From Paracoccaceae bacterium (GTDB lineage: Bacteria > Pseudomonadota > Alphaproteobacteria > Rhodobacterales > Rhodobacteraceae): DNA of 37,791 nucleotides. The stretch is taken from assembly GCA_047622125.1 (NCBI GenBank), contig JBLHNX010000001.1:1-37791 (forward strand), given 5' to 3'. Of the stretch, positions 28,128 through 35,698 are shown piece after piece. The position numbers and the translations under genes were made by a program. The notes beneath the pieces were generated by a model that was given only the letters and a program-made list of their open reading frames with translations, was not told the origin of the DNA and searched no databases. Numbering within the stretch: position 1 is the stretch's first letter; each line of letters opens with the position of its first letter.

Positions 28128-29435
28128 TTAGCGTTTGATATTCGTGGTTTCCTGAAGCATTTCGTCCACCGTCTGAATGACCTTGGCATTGGATGAATAA
28201 GCGCGCTGGGTCTGAATAAGCTGGGTCAGTTCGCCCGCAACATCAGTCGCGGATTCCTCGCGCGCGAAACTAACCACATCGCCAGTCGGACCGTCGCCTG
28301 CGTCCCACAGAAAGAAGGGGCCGCTGTCAGGCGTTACGATGTAGCTTTGGTGGTCTTGCGTCATCAACCCGTTGGGATTGGGGACATCGACCAAGGGCAC
28401 CTGATAGATCGTACGCGAGATGCCGTTGTCAAAATAGGCATGCACAAAACCGTTTGGGTCGACTTCGACCGAGGTCATGTTGCCGACCGGCGATCCGTTC
28501 TTGGAAATAGAAACCGGCGCAAATGAATCAGAGAGCTGCGTCAGACCGCCCGGATCACCGAGTGTGCCGATATTGATAGTTACTGGGCCGCCGGCAACAT
28601 TCACTTCAATCGCGCCAGTAGCCGGATTGTAGGGACCACCGCTCACATCAGCCATGGACAGCAGGCGGCCGCCGGTCGTCCGGTTGTCATCAAACACCAT
28701 TGTGTATTCACCGATAACCGCGCCACCGCTCGCGCTATCGGTCAGTATCATTGTCCATTCATTGGTTGATGGATCACCGGGTGCAGGCACACTGGGCACG
28801 AACTCGATCGACAGGCTTTCCGATTTTCCAAGGTTATCGAAATATTCTACCGACAGGCTTTGACTTTCGCCAATAGCGCCATCTTCGGTCTCGGTTGCTG
28901 GCAGATTAACGGCCAGCCTCATTTCGGTCGTGGCGTTGCCACTGAATTGGTTTGTGTTGATGCGGATCGGCTCAAGGGCGCCGACTGTATCGCGCGGATA
29001 GGTGGGGACGCTCCCATCGGTACCCGCGGGCCAACCCATAAGTACAAGGCCACTTGGTGATGTAAGGTACCCTTCAGAATCGGGACGGAACGACCCCGTC
29101 GACGCCAGCATGAGGGGAAATTCACCGTTATCGACACCGATTGATGTCCCTGATGTGACAGGCAATAGGCCACGCCCGCGCACCGCCAGATCAGTCGGGT
29201 TGGATGTTGAGACAAGCGGCCCACGCTCATCAATCAGACGTTGGGTTGTTACCCTGACACCGCCCGCTGAATAGGTACCTGTGCCGCTTTCAATCACCAT
29301 TGAGTGAAAATCGGCAACTGCCCTTTTATACCCAAACGTCGCAGAGTTCGCGATGTTGTCCGAGATCGTCGCGAGCCTGCTGGCATTCGCGGCGAGCCCT
29401 GCAACACCTGCATTCAAAGAAGAGGAAATCGTCAT
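28128..29435 (-). CDS. flgE: Flagellar hook protein FlgE
   Basis: ISDNIANSATFGYK, DLAVRGRG, YFDNLG, ELTQLIQTQRAYSSNAKVIQTVDEM. Confidence 0.97.
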   Translation of the reverse strand: MTISSSLNAGVAGLAANASRLATISDNIANSATFGYKRAVADFHSMVIESGTGTYSAGGVRVTTQRLIDERGPLVSTSNPTDLAVRGRGLLPVTSGTSIGVDNGEFPLMLASTGSFRPDSEGYLTSPSGLVLMGWPAGTDGSVPTYPRDTVGALEPIRINTNQFSGNATTEMRLAVNLPATETEDGAIGESQSLSVEYFDNLGKSESLSIEFVPSVPAPGDPSTNEWTMILTDSASGGAVIGEYTMVFDDNRTTGGRLLSMADVSGGPYNPATGAIEVNVAGGPVTINIGTLGDPGGLTQLSDSFAPVSISKNGSPVGNMTSVEVDPNGFVHAYFDNGISRTIYQVPLVDVPNPNGLMTQDHQSYIVTPDSGPFFLWDAGDGPTGDVVSFAREESATDVAGELTQLIQTQRAYSSNAKVIQTVDEMLQETTNIKR

Positions 29436-29460
29436 GTGCTTGGCCTTTCTGCATCAAGAG

Positions 29461-29481
29461 CTGACGGAAATATCCCGTCAG
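29461..29481. other. Perfect 7-bp inverted repeat in the flgE leader
   Basis: CTGACGG-AAATATC-CCGTCAG between the CtrA box and the flgE ATG. Confidence 0.55.
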
Positions 29482-29498
29482 TCCTAAGGCACCCGCAC

Positions 29499-29513
29499 TT
29501 AACAGCGGCCTAA
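29499..29513 (-). promoter_or_regulatory. CtrA-binding box upstream of flgE
   Basis: Plus strand TTAA-CAGCGGC-CTAA(C); coding strand TTAG-GCCGCTG-TTAA. Confidence 0.8.
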
Positions 29514-29534
29514 CACATAAAAACTGAATGATTT

Positions 29535-30365
29535 TTAGCTGGGGGTGCGCAAAAGAATAATCTCGATCCGGTCATTCCGCAGGGCGAAGGGATCAGTCAC
29601 AGCAGGCGAGCGATCAGCGTGCCCGGTGATGCGCGCAAAGCGTGGAGGCTCAAGCCCGCCGGACTCCAAGAGTAGGCGGATACTTGCAGCGCGCGCCATG
29701 GACATATCCCAAACCGGATTATCAATCAGCACAATCGGGCGGGATTGCAGATGCCCTTCGACGGCCACGTTATTTTCGACCAGTGAAAAGACACGCGCAA
29801 ACATCTGCGTCAGTTCTTGCGTCACCGGAGTTGCGAGCGAGGTGTCGGCATAAAAGAGCGGCGCATCCTGCAATGCAAAGATCTCAACGACCAGCCCCTC
29901 GTCTGTGAGGCGGGTAATGACATGGCGCAGCGCCTGATCGGAAATCAGGCTCTCTCCTCCACGGCCAACCAGTAGTTCTTCGATCTCAAGCAGAGCGGCG
30001 ACCTGCGCCGCTTCTTGTGCGGCGTCTGCAGCGCCACCTTCGGTTGGTGTGTCGCTTGGCACGACCGTCCGCACGCCTGTGCCGTCCTGGGCAAGCGTTT
30101 GATCAGTAAAGATGTTGGTGCCACCAAACATCCCCTCACCACCGCCAGAAATGCGGTTGATAGGAAGCGTCGGCGAGAAGTAATCAGCAATGCCTTTGCG
30201 TTGCTGTTCAGTCGTCGCATTCAGAAGCCACATCAGCATGAAGAAGGCCATCATTGCGGTCACAAAGTCCGCATAGGCCACTTTCCAAGCACCGCCGTGA
30301 TGACCACCACCGGCAACAACTTTCTTACGCTTAATGATTATCGGCGCATTGGATTGCGCACCCAT
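29535..30365 (-). CDS. motB: Flagellar stator protein MotB
   Basis: GGAWKVAYADFVTAMMAFF TM with the conserved Asp; C-terminal OmpA-like domain (VEGH, NDRIEI). ATG 30365. Confidence 0.96.
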   Translation of the reverse strand: MGAQSNAPIIIKRKKVVAGGGHHGGAWKVAYADFVTAMMAFFMLMWLLNATTEQQRKGIADYFSPTLPINRISGGGEGMFGGTNIFTDQTLAQDGTGVRTVVPSDTPTEGGAADAAQEAAQVAALLEIEELLVGRGGESLISDQALRHVITRLTDEGLVVEIFALQDAPLFYADTSLATPVTQELTQMFARVFSLVENNVAVEGHLQSRPIVLIDNPVWDMSMARAASIRLLLESGGLEPPRFARITGHADRSPAVTDPFALRNDRIEIILLRTPS

Positions 30366-30415
30366 CACGTCCACCACATTTATTTTCACCCAACTGTTTG
30401 TTAGCAGGCGTGTCG

Positions 30416-30431
30416 TAAAGGTGGCCTTAAC
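30416..30431. promoter_or_regulatory. CtrA-binding box upstream of motB
   Basis: TAAA-GGTGGCC-TTAAC (1 mismatch), 50 nt upstream of the motB ATG. Confidence 0.65.
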
Positions 30432-30445
30432 AATTCAAATGCAGT

Positions 30446-31210
30446 CTATTTTGGTGGCTTTGCATAGATTTCATCAGGGCCGCAGAATTCGGCCAACTCA
30501 TACCCAGCAGCGCGCATGGTCCGCGCAATACGCGCAGTGCCCGCGTTGTTTTCAATGGCCCAAACGCCAACGTTATGATCTGCAAATGGAAACGACTCGA
30601 GGACATCAACCTCTCCGCCTTCGATGTCCAAAGACACGAAATCGGGGTGCATTAGACCCGATTCATGCAAAATCTGGCTGAGTGTTTGGGTCTTAACCTT
30701 GATCGTCTTTTCCTTGTGGCGTTTGTCAGCACGTACCCGATCCAAAAGAGCGGTATCATAGCTGTCAACAAGCCCACTCATCTGCGTAAATCCCTCGGCA
30801 ATCTCGAGAAAATCCGCGTCGCCTTCTGCGTTGGCAACCGCAACACCCAGACACTCACAGCGGCGCACAAGGCGGGCCTTTTCCAATTGTGCCGGGACAG
30901 GTTCGACCAATAAGCCAGTCCAACCGCGCCAGACTTCAAAGAAGAAACTGTTTGATCCTGTTGTGCCGTCGTAACCGCCGATATCGACAAATGTGCCGCC
31001 ACGTTTCTGGCCCATGATTTGATCGACGATCAGGTCCTGCCCTGCTTGCGAAGAAAACGGGTATTGGCGCGACAGCATCTGCCGGACCTCGTGTAATTGG
31101 CGCATGATCGCGCCGCGTTTACGGGTTTTTTCGCCCTCTAATGCCAAGGAGAGAGTCTTGCGCGCTTCCAGAAGCTTGCTGCGCGCAGTTGCAATTGGGT
31201 TTTCAGTCAT
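30446..31210 (-). CDS. FkbM-family SAM-dependent methyltransferase
   Basis: SQAGQD, FVDIGGYDG...SNS, WTGLLVEP, DFVSLDIEGGE, IENN motifs. Confidence 0.9.
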   Translation of the reverse strand: MTENPIATARSKLLEARKTLSLALEGEKTRKRGAIMRQLHEVRQMLSRQYPFSSQAGQDLIVDQIMGQKRGGTFVDIGGYDGTTGSNSFFFEVWRGWTGLLVEPVPAQLEKARLVRRCECLGVAVANAEGDADFLEIAEGFTQMSGLVDSYDTALLDRVRADKRHKEKTIKVKTQTLSQILHESGLMHPDFVSLDIEGGEVDVLESFPFADHNVGVWAIENNAGTARIARTMRAAGYELAEFCGPDEIYAKPPK

Positions 31211-31614
31211 ATTTGTCCCGCTGATTGATGATCCACATAAGATTTTTCTTCGACAAGGTGTGACCCAAGTAACAGGTTGATTCGCTTTTTCACATCCGCT
31301 CGTTTGTCGTTGGTCACATAGACGGCACGTGCAAGGCGGATGAATTCTTCGCTAAAACTCTTTTTGGCCTCGCAGGTGCGAATGTCATCTTCGATCATCC
31401 AAAGCGCGCCGTTGATCCGGTAAAGCTCCTCCCACAGCTGGGCGAGGGCATCACTGTTAGGGAGGTTTTTCTCAGCGATCGCCTGCAAAACGTTCTTTTC
31501 ATGGCGCACGTTAGCAAGCTTGGATGGTTCGGTGATCTTTTCGGACTTCAGTCGCAGGATTGTCAGCTTATCAATCAGTTCTCCGGGGGCTGTAGGGACA
31601 AGAATATCATCCAC
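31207..31614 (-). CDS. DUF6165-family protein
   Basis: Likely start is GTG 31614 (AAGGAAA RBS), not 31839. GELIDKLTILRLK...LYRINGALWMIEDDIR...LARAVYVTNDKRADVKKRIN...EEKSY; 135 aa. Confidence 0.8.
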   Translation of the reverse strand: MDDILVPTAPGELIDKLTILRLKSEKITEPSKLANVRHEKNVLQAIAEKNLPNSDALAQLWEELYRINGALWMIEDDIRTCEAKKSFSEEFIRLARAVYVTNDKRADVKKRINLLLGSHLVEEKSYVDHQSAGQI

Positions 31615-32992
31615 GCTTGGTTTCCTTTTTCCATTCCGTGACGCGTGCGCGCAAATTTGCCTCGACGTCGGCAAAAACGGGATCCCAGTCCATCGGTTCC
31701 GCTTGCCTGAACAGCCGCAGGCTTTGATACCAATCCGTCGTATCGCCGCTGTGACGGAACACCCAAAACGGGTCCCAATGCAAAAGAACCCACGTTGGCA
31801 GGCCAAGCGAGCCGGCAATATGCGCCGTAACCGTATCACTTGTGATGATCAGGTCCATCTGCTGCATAGTTGCCGCACAATCAGCAAAATCGCGGTCTGT
31901 GCTGGCAGTATCTTGGATCAACATACTGGAGCCATCTGCGATGAACGGATCGAGGTAGGGGCCCTTGTAAAGCGAGAAGAGCTGAACATCGGGAACGTCA
32001 ATGAGCGGATGAAATTGCTTATGGCTAAACGAGCGGAAGCTATTGCCCTTGTAGGTCGCAGAGCCAGACCACACGACGCCGACTTTGAATCGGTCATTAT
32101 GTGGCTTGGCAATGCCCTTTGCGCGCGCCACTGAATCTGCTGGGATGTTCAAACGGGTTGGGGTTGGAATCTTGCCGCTATTGTCCGCACCAAAGACAAG
32201 TTGCGGGATGTCCATGACATTGATCCAAAAATCGGCTTTCTCATCTGCCGGAAGCTTGGTGCCGACCCAGTCAGCGCCTCTAAGCCCTTCAAAAAGGCGC
32301 ACCAGCGGGCGTTCCGATATATATAGAACGCGGGCGCATTTGGCGCGCAATGCAGGTAGAAATCGCGTGAAAAGGACCGCATCGCCGAAACCTTGCTCGG
32401 GAAGCGCAAGAACTGTCTTGCCAGTCAAGTCCTCACCCTTCCATTGGGGAATATCCATCCGTCGGGGTTTCATTTCTGCAGTCTGCCAACGGGCTTCGTA
32501 AGTGCGAAACGCCTCTGCGTAGCGCTTGTCACCCAGTTCAGCAAAAGCGCGTTGAAGCCTGATCTCTGCATCATCAGGGTGATCCAGTTCGGCAGCCGTC
32601 AAATAGTCAATTGCGTCACTATACCGGCCCAAACCGCGCAGACATCGACCAATCAACGAGCGCTGCGACTTGTCCGTGGGTGTGCGCTGCAAGATCTCTT
32701 CGCGAAGCGCAATTGACCGCTCGTAGTGGCCAAGATCGGATAGAATGTTCGCAAAATTGTTGCGAATTCCCATAGCATCTGGCGACAAGCCATAGGCGCG
32801 TTCTTGGGCATGCAAGGCAAGGGCGTACTGCTTTTCGGTGCGCAGCAAAGCCCCGACATTTGACCAAATACTGCCATCGTTGGGGCGCTGCGCAAGATAG
32901 CGCATATAGAGCGCGCGGGCTTCAGTGGTTTTCCCTGCGCGATGCGCCGTGCTTGCCTGATCACGTAGAGCGTCGGTCTCGGTTGGGGTCAT
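31607..32992 (-). CDS. TPR-repeat plus GT-B (GT9-like) glycosyltransferase, FlmG/FlbA-like
   Basis: N-terminal TPR-like repeats (WSNVGALLR, NNFANILSDLG); then YEARW, EQGFGD, VGVVWSG, DFADCAA..DLIITSDT..AHIAG.LG.P, WYQSLRLFRQ. Confidence 0.8.
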   Translation of the reverse strand: MTPTETDALRDQASTAHRAGKTTEARALYMRYLAQRPNDGSIWSNVGALLRTEKQYALALHAQERAYGLSPDAMGIRNNFANILSDLGHYERSIALREEILQRTPTDKSQRSLIGRCLRGLGRYSDAIDYLTAAELDHPDDAEIRLQRAFAELGDKRYAEAFRTYEARWQTAEMKPRRMDIPQWKGEDLTGKTVLALPEQGFGDAVLFTRFLPALRAKCARVLYISERPLVRLFEGLRGADWVGTKLPADEKADFWINVMDIPQLVFGADNSGKIPTPTRLNIPADSVARAKGIAKPHNDRFKVGVVWSGSATYKGNSFRSFSHKQFHPLIDVPDVQLFSLYKGPYLDPFIADGSSMLIQDTASTDRDFADCAATMQQMDLIITSDTVTAHIAGSLGLPTWVLLHWDPFWVFRHSGDTTDWYQSLRLFRQAEPMDWDPVFADVEANLRARVTEWKKETKRG

Positions 32993-32999
32993 TAAAACG

Positions 33000-33785
33000 C
33001 TAGCTCTTATTCTTGCGCGGAGCTGGCTTAACCAGGGTTTCAGGACGGCGTTCCTCGGCGGCCTCGAACAGCGAGAACGTCTGATTGACGTAGTTCACCG
33101 CGCCCGAGATCAGCTCCATATAGTTGGTCAACTCTGGCGTTACTTCGGCCTCGACCATGGCAACACTGCGTTCCTGCGGGGTGGTTTCAAATGCGACATA
33201 GAACAGCGGATCGCCGCGGTTGATCTTTAACGGTTTGGTGTGGTCATGCCATTCAAACGCCCACATCAAGGGGCGAGGCCAGACATTGATCGGAAAACGC
33301 CCGCCGAAAATCGTGCCGGGGAACGGCTCGCGCTGGTAATGCATAAAGGGCGCGACTTGGCTGGCATAAACGGGTTCGTCAGCGATAAATACATAAGGCA
33401 GCGACAGTTGGATCGTCGGGATGCCGGGGTAACGCCATTCTGACTCGGCAGTCAGGTGCAGCTTTTCACTCAGTTTATTCGCGCGAATGCCACTTTTGGC
33501 ACCAGCAAGGTTTTTCAGCACGCCTTTTCCGTCTTTGTCGCGTTCAAATCCGATATGCAAATCAAACGGGCAGCGCACCATGAAATAGCGGCTTTCCATG
33601 TTGATCACAGCGGGGCAGCGCGACGCAGACTTCGCATGCGTGCGGTCAAGATCAGCCGAGCGGACCCTTTCTGGCGGGTAGTAAATGATGCCGCCCTTTT
33701 GAACGTTCAGAAACCATCCAACCGTGACCGGACCAGCGCCGGCTTTGCCGTCGCGCGTGTTTTGAAATGAAACTGATAACTGCAT
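33000..33785 (-). CDS. Hypothetical protein, possible dUTPase-like/DUF6065-like beta fold
   Basis: ATG 33785 with AAGGG RBS; 261 aa; SRCPAV...RCPFDL N-terminal motif and INRGDPLFYV C-terminal motif; 7-bp gap to the glycosyltransferase. Confidence 0.7.
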   Translation of the reverse strand: MQLSVSFQNTRDGKAGAGPVTVGWFLNVQKGGIIYYPPERVRSADLDRTHAKSASRCPAVINMESRYFMVRCPFDLHIGFERDKDGKGVLKNLAGAKSGIRANKLSEKLHLTAESEWRYPGIPTIQLSLPYVFIADEPVYASQVAPFMHYQREPFPGTIFGGRFPINVWPRPLMWAFEWHDHTKPLKINRGDPLFYVAFETTPQERSVAMVEAEVTPELTNYMELISGAVNYVNQTFSLFEAAEERRPETLVKPAPRKNKS

Positions 33786-33805
33786 CTGATTGCCCTTATT
33801 CAAAC

Positions 33806-33825
33806 TTGCGATGACTGAATCGCAA
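33806..33825. promoter_or_regulatory. Perfect inverted repeat, candidate operator or leader hairpin
   Basis: TTGCGAT-GACTGA-ATCGCAA, 20 nt upstream of the first gene of the four-gene operon. Confidence 0.45.
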
Positions 33826-33955
33826 ATAGCTGCTCAAGTCAAAATTCCATGTCAGGTTTTTCGGGTTTTTTCGTGGCATCAACTTGGGTTTTGCTTGAAT
33901 TGGTTTGTATGCCTTCTCCGCTTGTGGCTTTCTGCACCGGACCAAGGAGAACACA

Positions 33956-35698
33956 ATGTCATTCAAACCCGCAAGCTGGCCCCGCAAACTGCGTTCGCAA
34001 GAATGGTTTGGCGGCACGTCAAAGGACGCGATTTATCACCGTGGCTGGATGAAAAATCAAGGCTTTCCGGCAGACCTGTTTGATGGTCGCCCCGTGATCG
34101 GTATCTGCAATACGTGGTCGGAAACAACACCGTGCAATGCGCATCTGCGTGATCTCGCCGAACGAGTGAAAAACGGCGTTTGGGAGGCTGGGGGATTTCC
34201 GCTCGAATTTCCGGTGTTTTCGCCATCCGAGGTCACCTTGCGCCCCACCGCGATGCTATTTCGCAACCTTTGCGCGATGGACGTCGAAGAAGCCTTGCGC
34301 GGAAAATGTATCGACGGAGTCGTGCTTTTGGCCGGATGTGACAAAACCACGCCAGCCCTGTTGATGGGCGCAGCTTCTGTCGACCTGCCCGCAATTGTGG
34401 TCAGCGGCGGGCCGATGTTGAACGGGCATTTCCGCGGTGAACGTATCGGATCAGGCACCCACATCCGCAAGTTTAACGAGGCCGTGAAAGCAGGCGAAAT
34501 GACGCCCGAAGAATTCGTCGAGGCCGAAGCATCAATGTCGCGATCGCCCGGGTCGTGCAACACGATGGGCACTGCCAGCACAATGGCGAGCATGGCCGAA
34601 GCGCTGGGCATGGCATTGTCGGGCAATGCGGCCATTCCAGCGGTGGACAGTCGCCGCCGCGTCATGTCGCAGATCACTGGCCGACGGATCGTGCAAATGG
34701 TCAAGGATGATCTGAAACCGTCCGATATCATGACCAAAGCCGCCTTTGAAAACGCTATCAGAACCAACGCCGCGATTGGCGGATCTACCAATGCGGTGAT
34801 CCACATTTTGGCCATGGCGGGCCGCGTTGGTGTCGATGTTACACTTGATGACTGGGATCGCTGTGGGCGCGACGTGCCAACCATCGTGAACCTTTTGCCA
34901 TCTGGAAAACACCTGATGGAAGAATTCTTTTTCGCGGGCGGCTTGCCCGTTGTGATCAAGCGTTTGGGCGAAGACGGACTGTTGAACAAGGATGCTATTA
35001 CCGTCAGCGGTGGATCAATCTGGGACGAGGTGAAAGACGTTCAGAACTGGAACGAGGATGTGATCCTCCCCCGTGACAAAGCGCTGACCCAGTCCGGTGG
35101 CATCGCCGTTTTGCGCGGCAATATCGCACCGAATGGCGCGGTGCTGAAACCGTCGGCAGCGTCCCCTGACCTGATGGTGCATCGTGGCCGCGCCGTCGTC
35201 TTTGAAAACATCGAAGACTACAAGGCGCGCGTTGATCTGGATGATCTGGATATCGACGAGACTTGCGTGATGGTTCTAAAGAACTGCGGGCCTCGCGGGT
35301 ATCCAGGGATGGCCGAAGTGGGCGATATGGCGCTACCCGCCAAGCTGTTGAAGCGCGGGATCACGGATGTGGTGCGCATCAGCGATGCGCGCATGTCCGG
35401 CACGGCCTATGGCACCGTCGTGCTGCATACCTCGCCCGAGGCGGCAGCAGGCGGACCGCTCGCCGTCGTGCAGGATGGCGATATGATCGAATTGGACGTA
35501 CCCGCGCGGCGTATTCATCTGGATATCAGCGACGCCGATCTGGCTGCACGTTTGGCCAAGTGGGAACCTGCCGTTGCGCGCCCTGCCAGTGGATATGTCC
35601 AGCTTTATCATGACCGTGTCACGGGTGCTGAAACCGGCGCTGATTTTGATTTTCTTGTCGGATGTCGCGGCAACGCCGTCGCACGGGAGAGCCACTAA
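33956..35698 (+). CDS. IlvD/Edd-family sugar-acid dehydratase (L-arabinonate/galactonate dehydratase type)
   Basis: TPCNAHL, GCDKTTPA, GSCNTMGTASTM, GGSTNAVIH, GYPGMAEV, SDARMSGT; ATG 33956 with AAGGAG RBS. Confidence 0.93.
   Translation: MSFKPASWPRKLRSQEWFGGTSKDAIYHRGWMKNQGFPADLFDGRPVIGICNTWSETTPCNAHLRDLAERVKNGVWEAGGFPLEFPVFSPSEVTLRPTAMLFRNLCAMDVEEALRGKCIDGVVLLAGCDKTTPALLMGAASVDLPAIVVSGGPMLNGHFRGERIGSGTHIRKFNEAVKAGEMTPEEFVEAEASMSRSPGSCNTMGTASTMASMAEALGMALSGNAAIPAVDSRRRVMSQITGRRIVQMVKDDLKPSDIMTKAAFENAIRTNAAIGGSTNAVIHILAMAGRVGVDVTLDDWDRCGRDVPTIVNLLPSGKHLMEEFFFAGGLPVVIKRLGEDGLLNKDAITVSGGSIWDEVKDVQNWNEDVILPRDKALTQSGGIAVLRGNIAPNGAVLKPSAASPDLMVHRGRAVVFENIEDYKARVDLDDLDIDETCVMVLKNCGPRGYPGMAEVGDMALPAKLLKRGITDVVRISDARMSGTAYGTVVLHTSPEAAAGGPLAVVQDGDMIELDVPARRIHLDISDADLAARLAKWEPAVARPASGYVQLYHDRVTGAETGADFDFLVGCRGNAVARESH

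Noticed and set aside
31615-31839. N-terminal extension of the DUF6165 ORF overlapping the glycosyltransferase
   Set aside because: A good RBS and GTG at 31614 mark the likely start; the extension is an out-of-frame read of the GT gene.
33851-33912. T-rich tracts (GGTTTTTCGGGTTTTTTCG) upstream of the dehydratase
   Set aside because: No preceding stem and too short for a phase-variable tract; probably ordinary promoter sequence.
34057-34989. 310-aa minus-strand ORF
   Set aside because: Antisense shadow of the well-supported IlvD/Edd dehydratase; no recognisable motifs.
33905-35698. ilvD (branched-chain amino acid dihydroxy-acid dehydratase)
   Set aside because: The N-terminal LRSQEWF pattern and coupling to an aldose dehydrogenase point to the sugar-acid subfamily; no gene symbol assigned.
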